Translations under genes and position numbers: made by a program
In this document: in pieces, positions 58,751 through 64,000 of the stretch
Position numbering within the stretch: position 1 is the stretch's first letter
How the letters are laid out: every line of letters begins with the position of its first letter
Source: Macrostomum lignano
Taxonomy: Eukaryota
DNA length: 64,000 nt
Assembly (NCBI GenBank): GCA_002269645.1
Contig: NIVC01002283.1
Location: 123,112 to 187,111 of the forward strand
Direction: 5' to 3'
Notes under the pieces: generated by a model
What the model saw: only the letters and a program-made list of their open reading frames with translations
Database searches by the model: none
What the model was told of the DNA's origin: nothing

Positions 58751-61700
58751 TTAAATGGCATCGTAATCATCCAGGTCCGCATCTGATTCCATCAGTGCCA
58801 TCAAAGCACTTGCGTCTTCTTGAGACACCTGCGGCTGCAGTGTTACCGGCTGCTCATCAGCTGGCTTTGGTCTCTGAGCCGACTGCTGTTTCGGTGACTG
58901 CAGTTTCACCCGCGAAGGTGTCGTCTCCATTAGAGTGCCACGAGTATCATCGATTCGAGCTTCACCAACTGCCCAGCTTCCGGTTGCCGCGGCTTCCGCC
59001 GCAGCCGCAGCCGCAGCTTTATTGTTCTTGGCCAGCTCCTCTTTGATCATCTCGCGCAGCCTCGCCAGGAGTTCGTCTTTTTCATCCTCCTCCTTTGGCG
59101 AACTGCTAGCCATGAATTTCTCGCGATTGTTGCGCAGACTGAATGCCTGGTAGAGCAGAAACTGCAGCACCAGTTCCTTGTCCAGCTCTTTCTTTTCGTC
59201 AGAGCTTTGTTGAGGTGCACCCCGCGACTCGCGACGATAACTTCTCCAGTTCCGACCCAGAACTCGCCTGAAAATGTCAAATATGTTGAATGGCGGTGGC
59301 AGGCAGGAACGCGTCTGGAACTCTTCGATGAGTTCGTGACGCTCGAACTGCCAAAGCGCTTTGCTCCTCGAGTCAATCTCTTCGATTGTTCTGCTGAATA
59401 GCGCAATTATCAGGTTTAGCAGAAGGATCTCCGTGATGATCACGTACAACGGCATGACGAGATTCGGCACCAGATATCTTGGGAGGTAGTTGGTTGTTTT
59501 GCGAATGATTGATTGGGAAAATTACTTATAAGTTGTCGTGGGGATTGCCGAAAATGGTAGAACTATTATAGTGCCACAGAAATCCCACTTGGATAGTCAC
59601 TGTAAAGCTTCACGTTAACTTAGAGCAGTTTTTCTTAAATTAAATAAATAATCTTACTAGCATACATGAACGGGTCAATACTAGGTACTCGTGGATGCAC
59701 TTGAAGCATTTTGATTATTTTAGGGTTCAATACTTCTAATGATTGGATTCCTGAAGTGACCTACCGGCCAAATTGATGCGGGCACGACTTCCCATTCTTA
59801 GTCTTATTATTGTAGATGTCGTCGCATTCCGAGTCGCCTTCAATGAGATCCAGACTGTACTCGCCGACCATGCTGTAGAAGCAGATCCGAAACATGGCAA
59901 CCAAAACCTCGCTGGTGGTCATCTTGTCCGAGTTCCAAGCGTAGTACCCGTTCGGAAACAACAGGCCGTGAATCAGCACGCCGAAGCCAAGTATGAAGAT
60001 GAACAGAATGAACAAGAAAGGCATCATGTCCTTGATAATCATTGTAGCTATCATTTTCAGCTTGGGTCCAAGCTCCTCGAGAACGGTTGAAATGTACAAC
60101 AGACGAACCCAGTAGAGCATGCAGGACGTGCCTAGTGTGAGGATTGAAAAAACGAAAATTAAAAGGGCCTGTCAACTTAAGGACTATTAAGGACTATTAT
60201 GCCAACATAAGCTTATAAAGTAGAGTCCCTAATTATCGCCTTGCTTGTTCTGCCCTATCCCAAGTCCAATTTTCGTAGCTTTTTTGCCAAACCCAGCTTC
60301 CTAGTGTCATTGTGAGCAGAATGACATCATTTGTCTACATAGGTTACTCGAGCTTCACTATATGACCTTTAGTTGACAGGCCCTTTAAAGAATTATGTCA
60401 TATTATACTTCTGGATAGCTCCTTTGGGAGTGACGTGAACTTAGGAGTGACGTCTTTTATGAAGAAAAACGTGAGTCTTCGCTGGGAATCAACTTAGGTT
60501 CGACTTAGAGTGAAATAATGAGGGTAATTTACATGTACATAACTTTCTATGGGACATAAATCTTTAAATTATGTGGAGTAGTTCTGCAAGGGATATGGCA
60601 ACTTGAGTTGACTTAACAAACTTAGGAGCATTAGTTCTGCTGGTATAAAATCTAAGTAAAGTATCAAAAAGCTTACCGAGGAAGAGTCTAGCGTTGTACC
60701 AAAGTGTATCGTCAAAGGCCATCGCTAAAGACCTTTCATGGGTGGGAATCGATCTGTCGTATCGAGAGATTCGCAGTGCAAAACCTATCACCGCAGATAA
60801 AAGGGCCAATAGGTCGATAAGGTTCCATTTGCTCGAAAAGAAATCAGATATTGTCTCGTGCAGCAGTAGATACTGTACAAACTCCGCAAGCTCCTCCATC
60901 AGAAATCCAAATATGATCGTGTAGGCGATTACCTCAGGCGCGCTGAGTTCGTAATCGAACTCCAGCAGAACAATGTAAGACAACAAAAGTAGCAAAATTA
61001 TGTGCGAAATTGCGTGGTATCGAAATTTTACGGCTGGTATGCGGTAGAAGCCGTACAGCAGGCTGAACAGCAGACGGATGTACTCCCAGCTAAAGATGGA
61101 CGGACCATCTGGCGAATAACTGCTTGCTGTCTCTTCGTTTTCTGTTTCTTTGGTTACAAATTCTGGCATTGAATTAAGTGTCGTCATTGATTGGCTCAAT
61201 TGTTCTCGAGATCGTACTAGTGGCCTCAGCTCGGAGGAACGAGTGCGTCTGGCCATCACAGGTGTGGGATTATTTTCTTGAGCACTTCTCATCGATTCCG
61301 GCAGGAGGAAATCGCATGATGGATTGCCGGATGTCTTTGCGCTATCTTTCTGAAAGAGTTCTGCGTTTTTGTCCAACTTGTTTGCCTTTTCCGTGTACTT
61401 CTTTCCAGATAGAGTAGTATAACTGGGATGAATAAGTTCAGCGGTATGAGACCAAGCCAGATTAGCACTTCACGGACGTAGGTGTTGATGTGAAGTAGGA
61501 AACCGAACCAGCTCTTGTTCAAGGCCTCCTGGCCTGCTTCAGTCTGCAGGAACTTCGAGGAACTGTTTCTAGCAGCAAGCTGAATGCAAGTGATGTCGCC
61601 ATATGAGGGCAATCTAAGAAGAAGATAGTCAACAGTTGTCTGCTTGTTGAACGAAGTGTCCAACTGATACACGTTCTTTACAATCTGCGCAGCAAACAAC

Positions 61701-63764
61701 TCACAGGTGCTTGCTAGTTGCTCCATTTCTGCGGCGTCCACCGACATACTTGGGATTGTTGCGAATGCCCGAAGCACACTAGCGCAGTAGAGACCAAGTG
61801 GCACAACGTCAAACTTTTCCTGACGCAGAAGGATTTCCGTTAGCTTGAAGCGGCCAGTAAAAATCGACCACATGACCAGAGTGTCCATGGGGTGACGCAT
61901 ATAGTCTGACTGTGCTTGAAACTCTACCTCGCGGTAGGCGCGAAGTTTGAAATTGGCGCATTTTTGTCCGTAAAACCGAGTAAACGCTTCCCTGTCCAGC
62001 CGGTGATCGGATATGAAGTTATTCGTCAAGTGGGATACGATTCCATTGTTGCCTCGGTTTGGCGTATGAACATACAGCTCATCGATGTGCTCCTCTATGT
62101 GAGCTCGAATTTCAAACCAAATAAGACCGCAGTTCATAATTCGCTCGAGCATCACACTGTCCTCTCTAAAGAGAACATAGCGAACGATATTTGAGCAAGT
62201 CTTCAGTAAGACATCCTTATTTCCTGGATCTAGAAGAACATGAATTGCTTCTGTTTGAAGAAGCTTCAGCACGACGTCTTTGAACTCGATGAGGTCTATC
62301 TTGTCGTCTTTTTCTAGCTTTGAGAGCAGCTCGGCCTCCTCATCCCTGGATAGCTCATCGTATTTTATCTGGCACAATTGGAACTCATTGTCGACAGCAT
62401 CTAGAAAGTTGAGGTACTGCTGAAACTGTGGGTCTTGGAAAAGTTCGCTAAATGACCGCGCCTCGCTTTTTGTCATCTCCTGAGTGAAGAAGTAGGCGAG
62501 ATCGCTCATGAGAACAACGCTGCCGAGACCCAAGACCTGTCAATCACCGTCTTCTTGCTGTCCGACTGGATATCAACAAATGCGCCATTGTTGAGAAGCA
62601 TGGCCGTGATATTGCGGTTCTGGTTGATCACGGCAATGTGCAGGGCCGTTTTGCCTTCGTATCCCTTTAGGTTGATGACATCCTGGCTGCAGTACTCAAG
62701 AAGCGTCTTCACATGAATAGTTGAATCTTCAAGGCAAGCTCGGTGCAGAGGGCTGTTGCCCTGACGGTCACTCACGTCAACGTCAGCCTTACAAATTCCT
62801 GAAAGTAAAGAAAATACTCTATGCACTCTCATAAAGGTAGTATTGAATAGTTCTTAACCAATATGAAATATAGTTTGCTTACTTAAAAGACAAGAGAGAA
62901 CGTCGTTGGTTTGAAACCCACACGCTCTGTGCAGAGGGTACTCCCCGCTTGGCAGAGGAATGTTCGGGTTGGCGCCCAAGGCAACCAGTTTTCTCATGAC
63001 TCGAGTCTGCTGGCTCTCCACGGCGTAGTGCAGAGGCACGTAATTTCCCGGATTTTTCTTGTTGAAATCTACGCCTCTGTTGTGCAGAATGTCCAGCACG
63101 TGCAAGTGACCATCAGCAGCTGCTATGTCAGCCAGGGTTTGGTGACATTTATGGCATTCGTAGAGGTTCGAGCCTGTCAACATGGACTCGAGCTTATTGA
63201 GCTCACCATTGTAGTATGCTTGCATGAGTGGCGTCATTATCACATCATCTTTCTTCTTTATCGATGGCGATATGCTCGGCGCAATGATCAAGTTGCGAAA
63301 GAATCCAGGCGGCCGATTAGTTCGGACCTCCCGGACAGGTCTCGAATTTCGGCGCCTTTGAAGAGCAGAATAGTCGCGACCGGTGTCGATAGAGTCGCCG
63401 GTGTTGGACGAAGCCGATTCGAATCTCTGCCTGCGCAGCTGTTTCAGCTCTTGTCGTCGATATTGTACATGCCGGCGCGTCGAACCGCTGACGACGTCGT
63501 CGGAATCGTTAATCCGTATCGAAATTCTGGTACCAGGAGGCTTTTTGCTATCCATCGCTGCCGGTGTCTTCGGTAGTTGCTCCTGTCGGAGCTGCTGTTC
63601 TTCACTGAATTGCTGATGTTGCTGCAGTGCTGCTGCTGCTCGTGCTGCTGTTGAGCCAATGAATATTGCTTAGGCAGCAGAGGTCGATGACGAACGCTTG
63701 AATGCCTGGCGGCAATACCCGTGTTTGTCGCTGCGTCCTTTGTCACTGGCCGGTGCCCCGGCAT
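58751..63764 (-). CDS. Ankyrin-repeat-containing TRPM-like cation channel; exons 63764-62883, 62798-60677, 60131-59765, 59477-58751; three -1 frameshifts (~63628, ~62536, ~61403); ~1366 aa if corrected
   Basis: Ankyrin repeats (NYVPLHYAV, EYPLHRAC, GNSPLHRAC, GKTALHIAV); TRPM pre-S1 region (TLVMWSIF, LLLRLPSYGDITCIQLA, KFLQTEAGQEALNKSW); S1-S6 (PAVKF, SKWNLIDL, LGPKLKMI, ILLLNLIIALFS); TRP box WQFER and LPPPFNI. Introns are GT-AG and phase-consistent. Confidence 0.87.
60164..60384. mobile_element. Kolobok-type MITE in a TRP intron
   Basis: TIRs aaagggcctgtcaactta / tttagttgacaggcccttt. TTAA-type flanks at 60159-60163 and 60385-60388 (ttaaaggg...ccctttaa signature). Confidence 0.65.
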
Positions 63765-64000
63765 CTATATATATACCAAAGTTTCCAACGCTAGACACAA
63801 ATAAAAGCACATAAGAGAAAGGGTAAGAATGAATACGGAAGGAATTTATCTTCAGTCTACATGTATTCTACAGGCTCCATTTTTTCAGAATTTTTACTGT
63901 CGGTGACAGGCTCGGGTCAGTCCGCTCGTGTAGACCTAAGGTGGGCTGAGATGCAGAAGCGGTGTGGAAAAATATGAAGAATGACTTGGTCGCTCGGCCG

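Overview
Eukaryotic (animal) genomic DNA with GT-AG introns, GC3-rich coding sequence and very dense minisatellites. The style suggests a free-living flatworm such as Macrostomum; this is an inference, not a database result. Nine protein-coding loci are supported: (1) TCTEX1D2, head-to-head with (2) an ENO4-like pseudo-enolase; (3) an FRRS1-like DOMON/cytochrome b561 protein; (4) a divergent HSP70-like protein with no in-frame ATG and a degenerate ATPase site; (5) a bombesin/CCHamide-type GPCR; (6) a 10-exon SLC26 (prestin-like) transporter; (7) alpha-tubulin with an RFX X-box/TATA promoter; (8) an intronless Cys-loop cation channel lacking the ACh-binding residues, with one -1 frameshift; (9) an ankyrin-repeat plus TRPM-like channel with three -1 frameshifts. 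Mobile DNA comprises a decayed Gypsy pol, two RTE-like LINE 3' ends (one with a 9-bp TSD), a Tc1 fragment, two tRNA-derived SINE families (one with a MIR/CORE-like domain) and several MITEs (hAT-, TA- and Kolobok-type). About 20 unrelated minisatellites cover roughly 30% of the first 43 kb and are almost absent after it. No CRISPR, rRNA or bona fide tRNA genes were seen. The most promising leads are the ankyrin-TRPM hybrid, the ATG-less HSP70 that may get its start codon from a spliced leader, the non-ACh Cys-loop receptor and the ciliary bidirectional promoter.
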